Counted from the stretch's first letter, positions 1 to 10,335 are shown. The stretch: 64,000 nt of DNA from Desulfobacterales bacterium (GCA_963668645.2 CAXXWC010000021.1:320001-384000), one strand, 5' to 3'. Notes: generated from the sequence alone by a model not told the origin. Numbers and translations are program-made.

Positions 1-1043
1 GTGCGCCGGTGGTCCGCCCGGCAGCGGTAGACCATTCCCGGCAGGTTGCCCATCAGCGTGGCAAGGGTGCGTTCCTTTTCCTTCAGGGCCCGCCCGGTGA
101 ACTCCTTGGCCTCGATCTGACGATCCAGCTCCCGGTCGCGGTGCACCAAGGCCTCGGCTTTGAGGCGCACCTGGCGGCGCAGCCACATACTGGCGCCCAA
201 CAACATCACTGCCGCCGCCAGCGCCCCGGCGAATCCCCCCAGTGCCCAGCGGGCCCAGCGCTTCTGTTGGGTCATCGTCACCCAGCGGTCCACGGCCCAG
301 CGGTTGATCGAGGCATAGTAGGTCGAGGCCTTGTCGGCCTTGAGCTGCAAGATGTGGCTGTCGATGATGTCGAGCAGGTCGATGGGGGCTTGGCGCGGGG
401 CAGCAAAACGCAGTTCGGTGGGCATGAAGATAATGGTGCTGCGCGCGATCCGGTAATCAGAGGCACGCATCAGGCCAAAAAGATGATTGGCCACGCCGGC
501 ATCCACCCGGCCTTCCTCGATGAACCGGAAAATCGTGTCATAGTCCTCGGCGGCGATAAATGTGCATTCGAGCCCGAGTTCCCGGGTCAACTTGATCAGC
601 GCTTCGGAGAAGATCCCCTGGCGGTAGACGGCGATCTTCTTGGCGTTCAGATCCATGAACGAGGCCAGTTGCAGCCCCGGCCGGGTGTAGAGCTGGCCCC
701 AGTTGGTCAGCACGGTTTCCCGGCTAAACCGGTAGAGCGCGGCCCGTTCCGGCGAATAGGCGATGGCCGGCAGCAGGTCGATGCGGCCGGCTTCGAGCCG
801 CTCCAGGCACTCGAGCCAGGAGCCCTCGACATACTCAACCTTGAACGCCTCGCGCCGGGCGATATCTTCGAGAAGATCAGGGTAAAGCCCCTGAACGCAC
901 CCGGTGTCGTCCTTGAAGATCAACGGTTTGTAAGGATAGACCCCCACGCGCAGGAGCTGTTCGGCACCGGCCCCGCAAATCGGGACCAGCAGCGCCAACA
1001 GGACGAGTGCGACCCTGCAGGCTATCTTAATGGACCGGCCCAT
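1..1043 (-). CDS. Sensor protein with periplasmic SBP_bac_3-type domain, TM helix and start of a PAS domain; runs off the window edge
   Basis: Not in the ORF track; translated by hand from ATG at 1043. MGRSIKIACRVALVLLALL (signal), LRVGVYPYKPLIF..GLYPDLLEDIAR..GRIDLL, TM WALGGFAGALAAAVMLLGA, then TLMGNLPGMVYRC (PAS start). Confidence 0.8.
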   Translation of the reverse strand, partial: MGRSIKIACRVALVLLALLVPICGAGAEQLLRVGVYPYKPLIFKDDTGCVQGLYPDLLEDIARREAFKVEYVEGSWLECLERLEAGRIDLLPAIAYSPERAALYRFSRETVLTNWGQLYTRPGLQLASFMDLNAKKIAVYRQGIFSEALIKLTRELGLECTFIAAEDYDTIFRFIEEGRVDAGVANHLFGLMRASDYRIARSTIIFMPTELRFAAPRQAPIDLLDIIDSHILQLKADKASTYYASINRWAVDRWVTMTQQKRWARWALGGFAGALAAAVMLLGASMWLRRQVRLKAEALVHRDRELDRQIEAKEFTGRALKEKERTLATLMGNLPGMVYRCRADHRR

Positions 1044-1573
1044 TCGTTTTTCAACATCCCGTAGACGACCAGGTCCTCATACGCGTCACCCTTCTTGGCG
1101 TGCCGGCGCAGCATCCCTTCCCTGACCATCCCGATCTTCTGCATCACCCGGCCAGAAGCCGGATTGCGGGCAATATGGTTCGCGTGCACCCGGTGCAGCC
1201 CCAGAGGGCCAAAAGCGAAATCCAGCACGGTGCGCGCGGCCTCCGTGGCATAGCCGCACCCCCAAAAAGGGCGCCCGATCCAGTAGCCCAGTTCAGCCCG
1301 GTCGAAATCCGCCTCGATAATCAGCCCGACTGCGCCGATCAACTTCCCGCCGGTCGCCTCTACCACGGCGAAGATCGCCTCCTGCCGGCTCTCGTACTTG
1401 TCCTTGTGCCCTTCGATCCATTCCTCGGCCATCCCGTCTTCATAGGGGTACGGGATGTTAAGGGCGGTATCGGCCACTGCCCGGTCCCCGGCCAGCCGTT
1501 GTACGGCGCCGGCATCGCTGCTTTCGAAGGGCCGCAGGACGAGGCTTGCAGTGCGCAGTATCGGTTGTTCCAT
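1022..1573 (-). CDS. GNAT N-acetyltransferase, RimJ/RimL family
   Basis: LRTASLVLRPF, AELGYWIGRPFWGCGYATEAA, NPASGRVMQKIGM; start MEQP follows an AAGGA RBS. Confidence 0.9.
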   Translation of the reverse strand: MEQPILRTASLVLRPFESSDAGAVQRLAGDRAVADTALNIPYPYEDGMAEEWIEGHKDKYESRQEAIFAVVEATGGKLIGAVGLIIEADFDRAELGYWIGRPFWGCGYATEAARTVLDFAFGPLGLHRVHANHIARNPASGRVMQKIGMVREGMLRRHAKKGDAYEDLVVYGMLKNEWAGPLR

Positions 1574-2184
1574 TACATCCTTGGCATTCTTGCCGCTTCG
1601 GCAGGTATCGAACGACGGTTGTCCACAGTCTGCTGGTGATTGAACCGGATGTTGCCACAAGATCAATCCTGCATCCCTATAACGTGCCTGATCCGATCCA
1701 TCAACCGCCGGATGAGACCTTACAATAGCCTGCAAGTCTCGGTGAAGGCCCTCGGTCTGGCGGCCGGGATTGTCGGCGCCTTCGATGACCGAGAACTCGG
1801 CCGGATCTTGACCCTTTATTCTTCGTTTGGTGCTCTGGATAATCACGGGATTTAAACTTCCCGGCAAACCGCGCCTATCCTATTTTCATCCGCTTTAGAC
1901 ATGCGATATGTCGAAGTCATATCGATCTTCCATAGGTTTTCAAAGCGCATGTTCACAAAAAGTGAACAACGTTCATATGCTTGCCGGCAGGCCATCCGTT
2001 CGGCGATGAATTTTTCAATACCAGAACAATTTTTCTATAAAAGTTGATCTGCATACCATCAGGGTATACGGGTAACCCTAAATAATTGATGCTATCTGCT
2101 TGACGCTCGAGAAGCTGCGGCAGTTATGAAAGGTTTTGAAGATTCGTTTATGGATTAAAAACGAAAAAAAAGAAAGGAAGAAAA

Positions 2185-4302
2185 ATGGCCAAGTGTCTTT
2201 ACATCACCGCCTCCCAGGCCCGAAGTGGAAAATCCGCCCTGGTTCTTGGTATCATGCAGCTATTGCTGCGCGACATCCGCAAGGTTGGCTTCTTTCGGCC
2301 GATCATCAACCCCACCCGGTCGGACGGCAAGGATCACGACATCGATCTGGTTTTATCGCACTTCTATCTCGGCCTGCGCTACGAGGAAACCTATGCTTAC
2401 ACGATGGACGAGGCCAAGCAACTCATCAACGAGGGCAAGCAGGCCGAGTTGATGGAAACGATTCTGAGCCGCTACAAGCAGATGGAGGAGCAGTGTCAAT
2501 TCGTGCTTTGCGAGGGGACCGACTTTGCCGCTGGCAGCGAGGCCTTCGAGTTTGATGTTAACGCCATGATTGCCGCCAACCTTGGCTGTCCGGCCATGGT
2601 GATCGCCAACGCTCACCAGGCTTCGGTCGAGGAGGTGGTCAGCCAGACACAGCTGACGATGGACAACCTGCGCGAAAAAGGGGTCGATCTGCTCGGAGCC
2701 ATCGTCAACCGCGCCCAGCCCGATTCGGTGGAAGCGATTCTATCAACCCTGCGCAGCGGCATCGGCGCCAACAGTTGCCCCGAATGCCTGTTTTACGTGA
2801 TTCCGGAAATAAATCGGTTGGCGCTGCCCACCGTGCGCGACGTGCAAAAATGGCTCGGTGCCGAGATCCTTTACGGCCCCGAACACCTCGGCAATCTTAT
2901 CGAGGACTACGCCGTGGCGGCCATGCAGATGTCCAACTTTCTCAACTATATCAAAAAGAACAGCATGGTGGTGACCCCTGGCGACCGCACCGACATCATC
3001 CTGGCCTGCCTGGCCTCGCGCCTCTCGTCGGCGTACCCGGACATCTCGGGCGTGCTGCTTACCGGCGGGATGGCACCGCCTGAATCGGTCACCCGCCTGA
3101 TCGAGGGCTGGACCGGGATGCCGGTTCCGATCCTGCTTGTCAAAGAGACCACCTTTCCGACCACCTCGCGCCTCAGCCGGCTTTATGGGCGCATCGATTC
3201 GGGTGACACCAAAAAGATCGCCACAGCCCTGGGAGCCTTCGAGACTTACGTCGACCCCCAGGAATTGCAGCAGAAGCTCGTCACCCGCCGATCGGTACGC
3301 GTCACACCGCAGATGTTCGAATACGGTCTGATCCAGAAAGCAAAAAAACACAAGCAGCACATCGTTTTGCCTGAGGGGGTAGGCGAGCGTATCCTCACGG
3401 CCACCGACATCCTGCTGCGACGCAAGGTCTGCGATCTGACACTGCTCGGCCGCGAACAAGACGTGCGCGCCAGGATCACCAAGCTTGGGCTCGACTTCAA
3501 CGGCATCCAGATCATCGACCCGCTGCTCAGTCCATTGTTCGACGATTACGTCGAGACCTACTTCGAGATGCGCCGTAAAAAAGGCCTCACTCTGGAGCAG
3601 GCCCGCGACGCCATGGCCGACACCACCGTTTTCGGCACCATGATGGTCCACAAGGGCCACGCCGACGGGATGGTCTCCGGCTCGATCCACACCACGGCCC
3701 ACACCATCACCCCGGCCTTTCAGATCATCAAGACCCGCCCGGATGCCTCCATTGTCTCTTCGGTGATGCTCATGTGCCTGCGAGACCGGGTTCTGGTCTT
3801 CGGCGACTGCGCCGTCAACCCCAACCCCACCGCGGCGCAATTGGCCGAAATCGCAGCCGTCTCGGCCCACACAGCCCGGATCTTCGGCATCGAGCCGCGC
3901 GTGGCGATGCTCTCCTACTCCACGGGCAACTCGGGCCGCGGCGCCGACGTGGAAAAAGTCATCGAGGCCACGGCCATCGCCCGGGAAAAATATCCCGACC
4001 TGCTCCTGGACGGGCCGCTGCAGTACGATGCGGCCATCGATCCGGTGGTGGCCCAGACCAAGCTGCCCGACAGTAAGGTGGCCGGCCGCGCCACGGTCTT
4101 TATCTTTCCCGACCTGAACACCGGCAACAACACGCACAAGGCCGTGCAACGCACCTCGAACGAGGTGGTGGTTATCGGGCCGGTGCTCCAGGGGCTCAAC
4201 AAGCCGGTCAACGACCTGAGCCGGGGCTGCACCGTCCCGGATATCGTCAACACCGTCGCCATCACGGCGATCCAGGCCCAGGCCAGTCGGGGCCTGATCT
4301 GA
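2185..4302 (+). CDS. pta: Phosphate acetyltransferase (long form with AAA_26 and DRTGG domains)
   Basis: TPGDR..LLTGG, LPEG, DGPLQYDAA, FPDLNTGN, KPVNDLSRG; adjacent to ackA. Confidence 0.97.
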   Translation: MAKCLYITASQARSGKSALVLGIMQLLLRDIRKVGFFRPIINPTRSDGKDHDIDLVLSHFYLGLRYEETYAYTMDEAKQLINEGKQAELMETILSRYKQMEEQCQFVLCEGTDFAAGSEAFEFDVNAMIAANLGCPAMVIANAHQASVEEVVSQTQLTMDNLREKGVDLLGAIVNRAQPDSVEAILSTLRSGIGANSCPECLFYVIPEINRLALPTVRDVQKWLGAEILYGPEHLGNLIEDYAVAAMQMSNFLNYIKKNSMVVTPGDRTDIILACLASRLSSAYPDISGVLLTGGMAPPESVTRLIEGWTGMPVPILLVKETTFPTTSRLSRLYGRIDSGDTKKIATALGAFETYVDPQELQQKLVTRRSVRVTPQMFEYGLIQKAKKHKQHIVLPEGVGERILTATDILLRRKVCDLTLLGREQDVRARITKLGLDFNGIQIIDPLLSPLFDDYVETYFEMRRKKGLTLEQARDAMADTTVFGTMMVHKGHADGMVSGSIHTTAHTITPAFQIIKTRPDASIVSSVMLMCLRDRVLVFGDCAVNPNPTAAQLAEIAAVSAHTARIFGIEPRVAMLSYSTGNSGRGADVEKVIEATAIAREKYPDLLLDGPLQYDAAIDPVVAQTKLPDSKVAGRATVFIFPDLNTGNNTHKAVQRTSNEVVVIGPVLQGLNKPVNDLSRGCTVPDIVNTVAITAIQAQASRGLI

Positions 4303-4316
4303 GGAGATCATTTGTC

Positions 4317-5525
4317 ATGAAAGTCTTTGTCGTCAACGCAGGCAGCTCTTCGCTCAAATACCAACTGCTCGACATGAGCACGGAAAAAGTGTTGGCTACC
4401 GGCCTGGTGGAGCGCATCGGCGAAGCCCGCGGCCGGGTGACCCACAAGCGTTTTCCGGGCAGCGAGACCGAAAAGAAGATCGTGGCCGACGAGGCTTTTG
4501 CCAACCACAAGGTGGCCATGCACCGGGTCATCGCCCTGATCACCGATCCGGACACCGGGGTAATCGCGGAAAAGTCCGAGATAGACGCCATCGGCCACCG
4601 CATGGTCCAGGGCGGCGAAGCCTTTAACCGTTCCATCGTCATCGACACGGCGGTCAAGGATGCCGTGCGGGCCAACATCCCGCTGGCGCCGCTGCACAAT
4701 CCGGCCAACTTGGTGGGGGTGGAGGTCTCCGAGGCCCTGTTCAATGGCAAGCCCAACGTGGCGGTCTTCGACACCGAGTTCCACCATACCATGCCGCCGC
4801 ACGCCTTTCTCTACGCACTGCCCTACAGTTACTACAAGGAGCTGCGCATCCGGCGTTACGGGTACCACGGCACCTCGCACAAGTACGTCGCTGGAAAGGC
4901 GGCGGAGCTGATGGGCCGCAGGCCGGAGGAGACCAACCTGATCACGGTCCATCTGGGCAACGGCTGTTCCATGGCGGCCGTTGCCGGCGGTCGCTGTGTG
5001 GACACCTCTCTGGGCATGACCCCGCTGGCCGGGTTGATCATGGGGACCCGTTGCGGGGACATCGACCCGGCCATCATCGCCTACATCGCAGAACAGAAAG
5101 GGATGAGTGTCGGCGAGATCGACACCCTGCTCAACAAGGAAAGCGGGCTGAAGGGGATCTGCGGGGCCAACGACATGCGCGACATCCATGCCCGCGAAGA
5201 GGCCGGCGATCCCATGGCCCGACTGGCTCTGGAAATGTTCGCCTACCGGGTGAAGAAATACATCGGCGCCTACACGGCGGTGCTGGGCCGGGTCGATGCG
5301 GTGATCTTCACTGCCGGAATCGGCGAGAACGATGCCGCCATCCGGGCCATGATCTGCAGCGATTTGCAAGGGCTGGGGATCTGTCTGGATCTTGACCAGA
5401 ACCTTGCCCCAAACGGCACGGCGCGCCCGATCCACGCCGCCGACAGCCGGGTGCAGGTGTGGGTGATTCCCACCAACGAGGAACTGCAGATCGCTCGGGA
5501 CACCGTGGCGGCCGTCAAGGCCTGA
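4317..5525 (+). CDS. ackA: Acetate kinase
   Basis: NAGSSSLKY, APLHNPAN, GYHGTSH, HLGNG, FTAGIGEN, IPTNEE. Confidence 0.97.
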   Translation: MKVFVVNAGSSSLKYQLLDMSTEKVLATGLVERIGEARGRVTHKRFPGSETEKKIVADEAFANHKVAMHRVIALITDPDTGVIAEKSEIDAIGHRMVQGGEAFNRSIVIDTAVKDAVRANIPLAPLHNPANLVGVEVSEALFNGKPNVAVFDTEFHHTMPPHAFLYALPYSYYKELRIRRYGYHGTSHKYVAGKAAELMGRRPEETNLITVHLGNGCSMAAVAGGRCVDTSLGMTPLAGLIMGTRCGDIDPAIIAYIAEQKGMSVGEIDTLLNKESGLKGICGANDMRDIHAREEAGDPMARLALEMFAYRVKKYIGAYTAVLGRVDAVIFTAGIGENDAAIRAMICSDLQGLGICLDLDQNLAPNGTARPIHAADSRVQVWVIPTNEELQIARDTVAAVKA

Positions 5526-5544
5526 CAGCTTTTTTTCATAAAAA

Positions 5545-5593
5545 CCGCAGATTGGTGCCGGTGGATCGTTTGTCCGCTGGCGCCGGTCTGCGG
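5545..5593 (+). terminator. Long hairpin 3' of ackA (terminator or stabiliser)
   Basis: ccgcagattggtgccggtgga-7 nt loop-tccgctggcgccggtctgcgg; 21-bp stem containing G-U pairs. Confidence 0.6.
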
Positions 5594-5695
5594 CTTCCTC
5601 TTCCCGTCAAGGGATTCGATCTGCTCCAGGCCGCGGATCATGCCGTCTCAGGCCGTGCCCTACACCTGTTGCATTTTCATGCTTGCGGGCCAATC

Positions 5696-6997
5696 TTAGC
5701 CACACCCGATCTTGATCAATCTCCGTTTGCTGAAAACGAATTCCGCCAGAAGAATCACGCCATAGGCGCTTAAAATCCATCCCAGGCCGTGGCCCGCCGT
5801 CCTGTAAAGGTAGGTGACCAGCACAAGCAGGGAAGCGAGGCAAAGCGCCAACGCGAGCAGTGGCGGAACCGGATGGATCCCGATTCGCCGGCGCAGCCTG
5901 AAAGCTGCAAGATTGATGGAGGCGAACACCAGCAGGAAGGTGGCGCTGGCAAATGAGGAGATGATGGTCAGATCCGTGGTGTTCACAAAGACGATGGCAA
6001 CCGCCGTGATGACGATCAGACTCACGAAGGGGATATCCTTGGTGCGCTCCTTATGGGAAAAGAGTTTTGGCACCGCTTTTTCCTGCGCCATGACGAAACC
6101 CAACCGAGCCGTGCTGAACAGGGTTGCGTTGATCGCAGAGGCGGTGGACAGAAGCGCCCCCAGACCGATCAGTGAAAATCCGGCATGCCCGAGAAAAGGT
6201 TTTGCCGCCACGGCCAGGGCGTATTCCTTGTAGCGATTGATTTCGCCGGGCAGCAGATTGCCCACGGCGACAAGGGAAACGAGAATATAAATGAGGGTCG
6301 TAATGACGATTGAAATCAGGATTGCCAACCCGAGATCATGGTTGGCATCTCTCATCTCCTTTGTGGCATTGGGAATCAGCTCAAATCCCTCGTAGGCGAC
6401 AAAAATCAGGGCCGCGCCCATCAGCACGCCGGAGCCGTGGGTGTTGAAAACCGGCAGAATATGATCGGACTTGACATAAAAAAGTCCCACAACGGCAAAC
6501 AGAGAAAGGATCAGGACCTTTACCAGAACAAGGACGTCTTCGGCACCCCCTGACGCTTTGACTCCGTAAAGGTTCACCCCTAAGAATGTCAACAGCACCC
6601 CGGAGGCCAGTACATGGACCATGGCCGAATTCATTTCAGCGCTTCCGAGCAAGGCGCTGCCGTAAACACCGAAAGTGTACGCATAGAGGCCAAGGGTACC
6701 GACATAGCCTACCAGTAGCAGCCATCCACCGATGCCGGCGATGTTGACATGGGAAAAGGCATGCTCCAGGTAGGTAAAGCTTCCGCCGTCCGAATGGTAT
6801 GCCAGTCCCAACCGGATGTAGCTCCATCCGGTCAGCATGGCGACCAGGCCGCCCAGGGCGAATGCAACCGGCGCCGCGTGCCCGGCGACACTCACCGAAA
6901 GGCCGAGCACGGAAAAGATCCCGCCCCCGACCATGCCGCCGATACCCATGGCGACCAGTTCCTTCAACCCCAGCTTATCTTTTTGCTGCTGCGCCAC
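5696..6997 (-). CDS. APC family amino acid permease
   Basis: GIGGMVGGGIF, DGGSFTY, FVAYEGFELI; about 12 hydrophobic segments. Confidence 0.9.
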   Translation of the reverse strand: MAQQQKDKLGLKELVAMGIGGMVGGGIFSVLGLSVSVAGHAAPVAFALGGLVAMLTGWSYIRLGLAYHSDGGSFTYLEHAFSHVNIAGIGGWLLLVGYVGTLGLYAYTFGVYGSALLGSAEMNSAMVHVLASGVLLTFLGVNLYGVKASGGAEDVLVLVKVLILSLFAVVGLFYVKSDHILPVFNTHGSGVLMGAALIFVAYEGFELIPNATKEMRDANHDLGLAILISIVITTLIYILVSLVAVGNLLPGEINRYKEYALAVAAKPFLGHAGFSLIGLGALLSTASAINATLFSTARLGFVMAQEKAVPKLFSHKERTKDIPFVSLIVITAVAIVFVNTTDLTIISSFASATFLLVFASINLAAFRLRRRIGIHPVPPLLALALCLASLLVLVTYLYRTAGHGLGWILSAYGVILLAEFVFSKRRLIKIGCG

Positions 6998-7047
6998 CAG
7001 GCAGATCCCCTCCGATCATGATAATTTATTTTTGTAAAAAGGGTTTC

Positions 7048-7770
7048 TCATCCCTGCCCCTTCTCTTTTTTTCCATAAGGGCAGGCATACAGGCACAATC
7101 CACATATCGCGGTTTCAGGATCTTTCTCTTTCATTCTGGAAAGATATCGATCGCATTTTCCAGCATCGAAACGCGATTCGCGCGGTTCATCTTCATGGAA
7201 TGGCTGCCCGCTAAAACCTCTGACCGGACAAATATCCACACAAGCATGGCAATCACCGCAACGTTCTTCAATCGGCCCGCCGGTGGCTTCTATAGGGGCA
7301 TCGGTCAACACAGTGGCCCAGCGCACCCGGGGTCCCATTTGCGGCGTGATCAGAAGGCAGTTCTTGCCGATCCAGCCCAGACCGGCCATGTGAGCCCCTA
7401 ATTTGTGTGAAAAGGCACCGCAAATCCGTTCGTCGTCCACTCGCTTCGAGGCGGCAATGGGGTAAGCCATGAACCCTTCCCGCTGCAAAACACTGGCAAG
7501 GCGTGAAACGAGCTGATCGAGTCGTGCATTGATCACCTCGTAGCAATGGGTCTGATAACTGGCTGCCACAGACCGCTCCGGTCGCCTGTAAATCTGGTCC
7601 ACAATCGGATGAAACAGGCCGATTCCGACTGAAATGGAGCGCGGAAGCCCGGCAATTTCAGCCCCGCCCTGTTCGTAAATGGCATTGTGGGCCGGGGTCA
7701 GATCCGCGATGCCGAAATAGTCCGCTCCCCAACCCAGGGCTGAATGGAGTAATTGTTTTTCCATACCCAT
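7048..7770 (-). CDS. Epoxyqueuosine reductase (QueG)-like 4Fe-4S double-cluster protein
   Basis: SHKLGAHMAGLGWIGKNCLLITPQMGPRVR, CGDCHACVDICP, C...CGLCLYACPYG; short form, so true QueG function is not certain. Confidence 0.75.
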   Translation of the reverse strand: MGMEKQLLHSALGWGADYFGIADLTPAHNAIYEQGGAEIAGLPRSISVGIGLFHPIVDQIYRRPERSVAASYQTHCYEVINARLDQLVSRLASVLQREGFMAYPIAASKRVDDERICGAFSHKLGAHMAGLGWIGKNCLLITPQMGPRVRWATVLTDAPIEATGGPIEERCGDCHACVDICPVRGFSGQPFHEDEPRESRFDAGKCDRYLSRMKEKDPETAICGLCLYACPYGKKEKGQG

Positions 7771-7830
7771 CTGATCTTTCCTTTCGTGCCTGCTTGACTT
7801 CATCAGATCTATTCGATCGGAATTTAAAAA

Positions 7831-8535
7831 TCATTCCTCCGTTTTGTCTTGTTGCGGATAAATGAATTCATACTCGTCCGGAAAATTATTTTTCATACAA
7901 TCCGGGCATATACTGTGGCTGATATCTGCCTCCGAGTGTTCTTTGATATAGATATCGACCTGCTGCCAATAACCTCTATCATCCCTTACTTTTTTACAAA
8001 AAGAGCATATGGGCAAGATTCCTCTTAAAGTCCTGATCTCCGCCAATGAATCTCTAAGCCTCTGGATAAGCTCCTCTCGTTCTTTTTCTGATTTTTTCCT
8101 ATGGCTGATGTCTCTGCATATACAAAATATCAACTTCTGTCCTCTGTATACAGCGCCATTGTTACTGAGTTCCACATCTATGTGACTACCATCTTTGCGG
8201 CGATGTTGTGTCTCAAAATGTTGACCGGAATCATTTACAGAGTCAATCATTTCCGAAATCTGTTCCTTGGTAAAGTGAGCATCCCAGTCCCATACATGAA
8301 GCTGACACACTTCCTCTTTCGAGTAACCGAGCATGTCGGCAAACCGCTGATTCACATCAAAAACCCTTGCGTTTTGGTCCAGCACAACGATAGAATCCCT
8401 TGATTCCTCAACCAGAAGACGCCGCCAGTTGATTTCATCTTTCAGCATCATATCTGTTTTGGTGAGTTCTTGTTCAATTGCTTCCAATTCAATAACTCTT
8501 TTTTCCAGCTCTTCAAAAGTCAGTTTTTTATTCAC
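7831..8535 (-). CDS. PAS-domain protein with C-terminal Cys-rich LPICxxCKKxRDD..HxxCPxC domain
   Basis: PAS motifs NQRFADMLGYS and HRRKDGSHIDVE; C-terminal LRGILPICSFCKKVRDD..SHSICPDC. Confidence 0.85.
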   Translation of the reverse strand: MNKKLTFEELEKRVIELEAIEQELTKTDMMLKDEINWRRLLVEESRDSIVVLDQNARVFDVNQRFADMLGYSKEEVCQLHVWDWDAHFTKEQISEMIDSVNDSGQHFETQHRRKDGSHIDVELSNNGAVYRGQKLIFCICRDISHRKKSEKEREELIQRLRDSLAEIRTLRGILPICSFCKKVRDDRGYWQQVDIYIKEHSEADISHSICPDCMKNNFPDEYEFIYPQQDKTEE

Positions 8536-8655
8536 TGATAACCTCTATTTCGGTCGTCAATATCACTCCCTACTTCTTTAGCATAATGACAATAATATCA
8601 CCAAACAAAGATGATGATAAAGTTTCTATAAAATTGCATAAAGCTATTTATTAGC

Positions 8656-9219
8656 TCAAAGAACTTGACTGTTAAAGCAAAGAACAACATCGTTATCCTT
8701 TACTTCATAAATTGCAACGCCACTGTGCATATTATCGATCAATGCTTTGTATCGAGCCTCGCTCTTTCGAAGCCGTTCATCAGCATGCTTTTTTTCAGTG
8801 ACGTCACGAATTGCATAAAGAACGGTTCCACTATCAATGCTTACCCGTACTATATTAATGAGCAAAAATCTGGAATTTCCATGCTTATCAATTACATTCC
8901 ACTCGACATTCTGGATTCGTCCGGCTTTTTCCAGATCACAAATCTCACAAATCGTCCCACCCATTAGCTTTTGAATGGTTTTAAAACCACACACTTCATC
9001 ATGGGAGAATCCGAAAACATCTCCCGTACTAGGAAGAACATTAACGAGGTTTCCTCGATCATCAGCAATGACTATAGTATCGGAAATATTTTCCAAAACA
9101 AGTCGGCACATATTTTCACAATGATTGAAGATAAAATTGGTTTCCTTTAGACTATCTTGCCGATTCCGGGAATCTTTGAGTCGCCGCTCTAGTTCTTCAT
9201 ATGTAGGTTTTTGATCCAT
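8656..9219 (-). CDS. PAS-domain protein, probably C-terminally truncated
   Basis: KPTYEELERR leader, one PAS domain (..IRDVTEKK), then a second PAS start (SEARYKALIDNMHSGVAIY) that stops shortly after. Confidence 0.65.
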   Translation of the reverse strand: MDQKPTYEELERRLKDSRNRQDSLKETNFIFNHCENMCRLVLENISDTIVIADDRGNLVNVLPSTGDVFGFSHDEVCGFKTIQKLMGGTICEICDLEKAGRIQNVEWNVIDKHGNSRFLLINIVRVSIDSGTVLYAIRDVTEKKHADERLRKSEARYKALIDNMHSGVAIYEVKDNDVVLCFNSQVL

Positions 9220-9549
9220 GATGTCATCCGCTAAATCCTGGCATTAAAATTCAACCATACCTGCATTCTCGATAAAACACAGACCTGATTAAATGTTCAA
9301 AATACCCGCACCCGAGGGTTTCAAATTCTTTATGAACACCGGTTCCCGGTCAGCCTTTATCATGATTCGATTATGAACTTACCACCAAAACTTTAAAAAA
9401 GTCAAATAATATCAACACCATGATAATAAAAGAAATTTATTCCAGCCTTCAAATAGCTCGGATAGAAAAAGCACACGGGTGCATAGGCCCATGATGACAA
9501 CGGCGTTAAATGACATGAAGACGCCGGCATCGACTGCCGGCGCAAATAA

Positions 9550-10335
9550 CTATAGCGTGGGTGGCGGGCCGCTGACGATGTGGGCAAATGCGCTGTGGTT
9601 GTGGATGGATTCGAAGTTTTCCGCAGAAACGGAAAACCATGTGATGTTGGTATCTTCGCGCAGCACCGCAGCGATGTCGCGCACGATGTCCTCGACGAAC
9701 TTAGGATTGGTAAAGCCTTTTTCAGTCACATGCTTTTCATCTACGCGTTTGAGCACCGAAAAAACGTCGCATGAGGCGGCCGATTCCACCAGGTCGATCA
9801 TGTCCTCGATCCAGATAAACTTCCTGAAGCGGGCCTGGAGCTTGACCTGCCCGCGCTGGTTGTGGGCGCCGCCATTGCTGATTTCCTTGGAGCAAGGGCA
9901 GACAGAGGAAATCGGCACGATGACTTCCAGCACCAGATCGGTCTTATTGGCGTGATTGTTCGATCCCAGAAAACGGCAGTCGTAGTCCATCATTCCGGGA
10001 GCCTGACTGACAGGGGCGTGTTTTTTGATAAAATACGGAAAGGCCACCTCTATGTGGGCCGAGGCGGCATTGAGATGTTCCTTCATTCGTTCGAGCAGCT
10101 CGGTGATCCCCTTGAGCGACACTTCGGGCCGGAAAAGGTGTAGCATCTCCACGAAGCGGCTCATGTGGGTCCCTTTGTAGCGCTCGGGCAGGTCCACATA
10201 CATGTTGATGGTCGCCACGGTGTGCTGGGAGCCGTTTTTGCGGTCTAGGACCCGGATCGGATAGCGCAGATTCTTGATCCCCACTTTGTCGATGGGCAGG
10301 TTGCGATCGTCGCGTTCGTTCTGGACGTCTTTCAT
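9550..10335 (-). CDS. folE2: GTP cyclohydrolase I type B
   Basis: KGTHMSRF, SVCPCSKEIS, GAHNQRG, NPKFVED, ESIHNH. Confidence 0.96.
   Translation of the reverse strand: MKDVQNERDDRNLPIDKVGIKNLRYPIRVLDRKNGSQHTVATINMYVDLPERYKGTHMSRFVEMLHLFRPEVSLKGITELLERMKEHLNAASAHIEVAFPYFIKKHAPVSQAPGMMDYDCRFLGSNNHANKTDLVLEVIVPISSVCPCSKEISNGGAHNQRGQVKLQARFRKFIWIEDMIDLVESAASCDVFSVLKRVDEKHVTEKGFTNPKFVEDIVRDIAAVLREDTNITWFSVSAENFESIHNHSAFAHIVSGPPPTL

Noticed and set aside
9..1064. 351-aa plus-strand ORF
   Set aside because: Antisense shadow of the real minus-strand sensor gene (1..1043); no recognisable motifs.
1574..1867. N-terminal extension of the GNAT ORF and a possible stem (ctcggt..gaaggc/gccttc..accgag)
   Set aside because: The RBS and domain start favour ATG 1573; the stem matches no riboswitch class I recognise.
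1961..2020. Rex-like GTGAA..TTCA sites before pta
   Set aside because: Spacers are 5 and 3 nt rather than the 4 nt of the Rex consensus.
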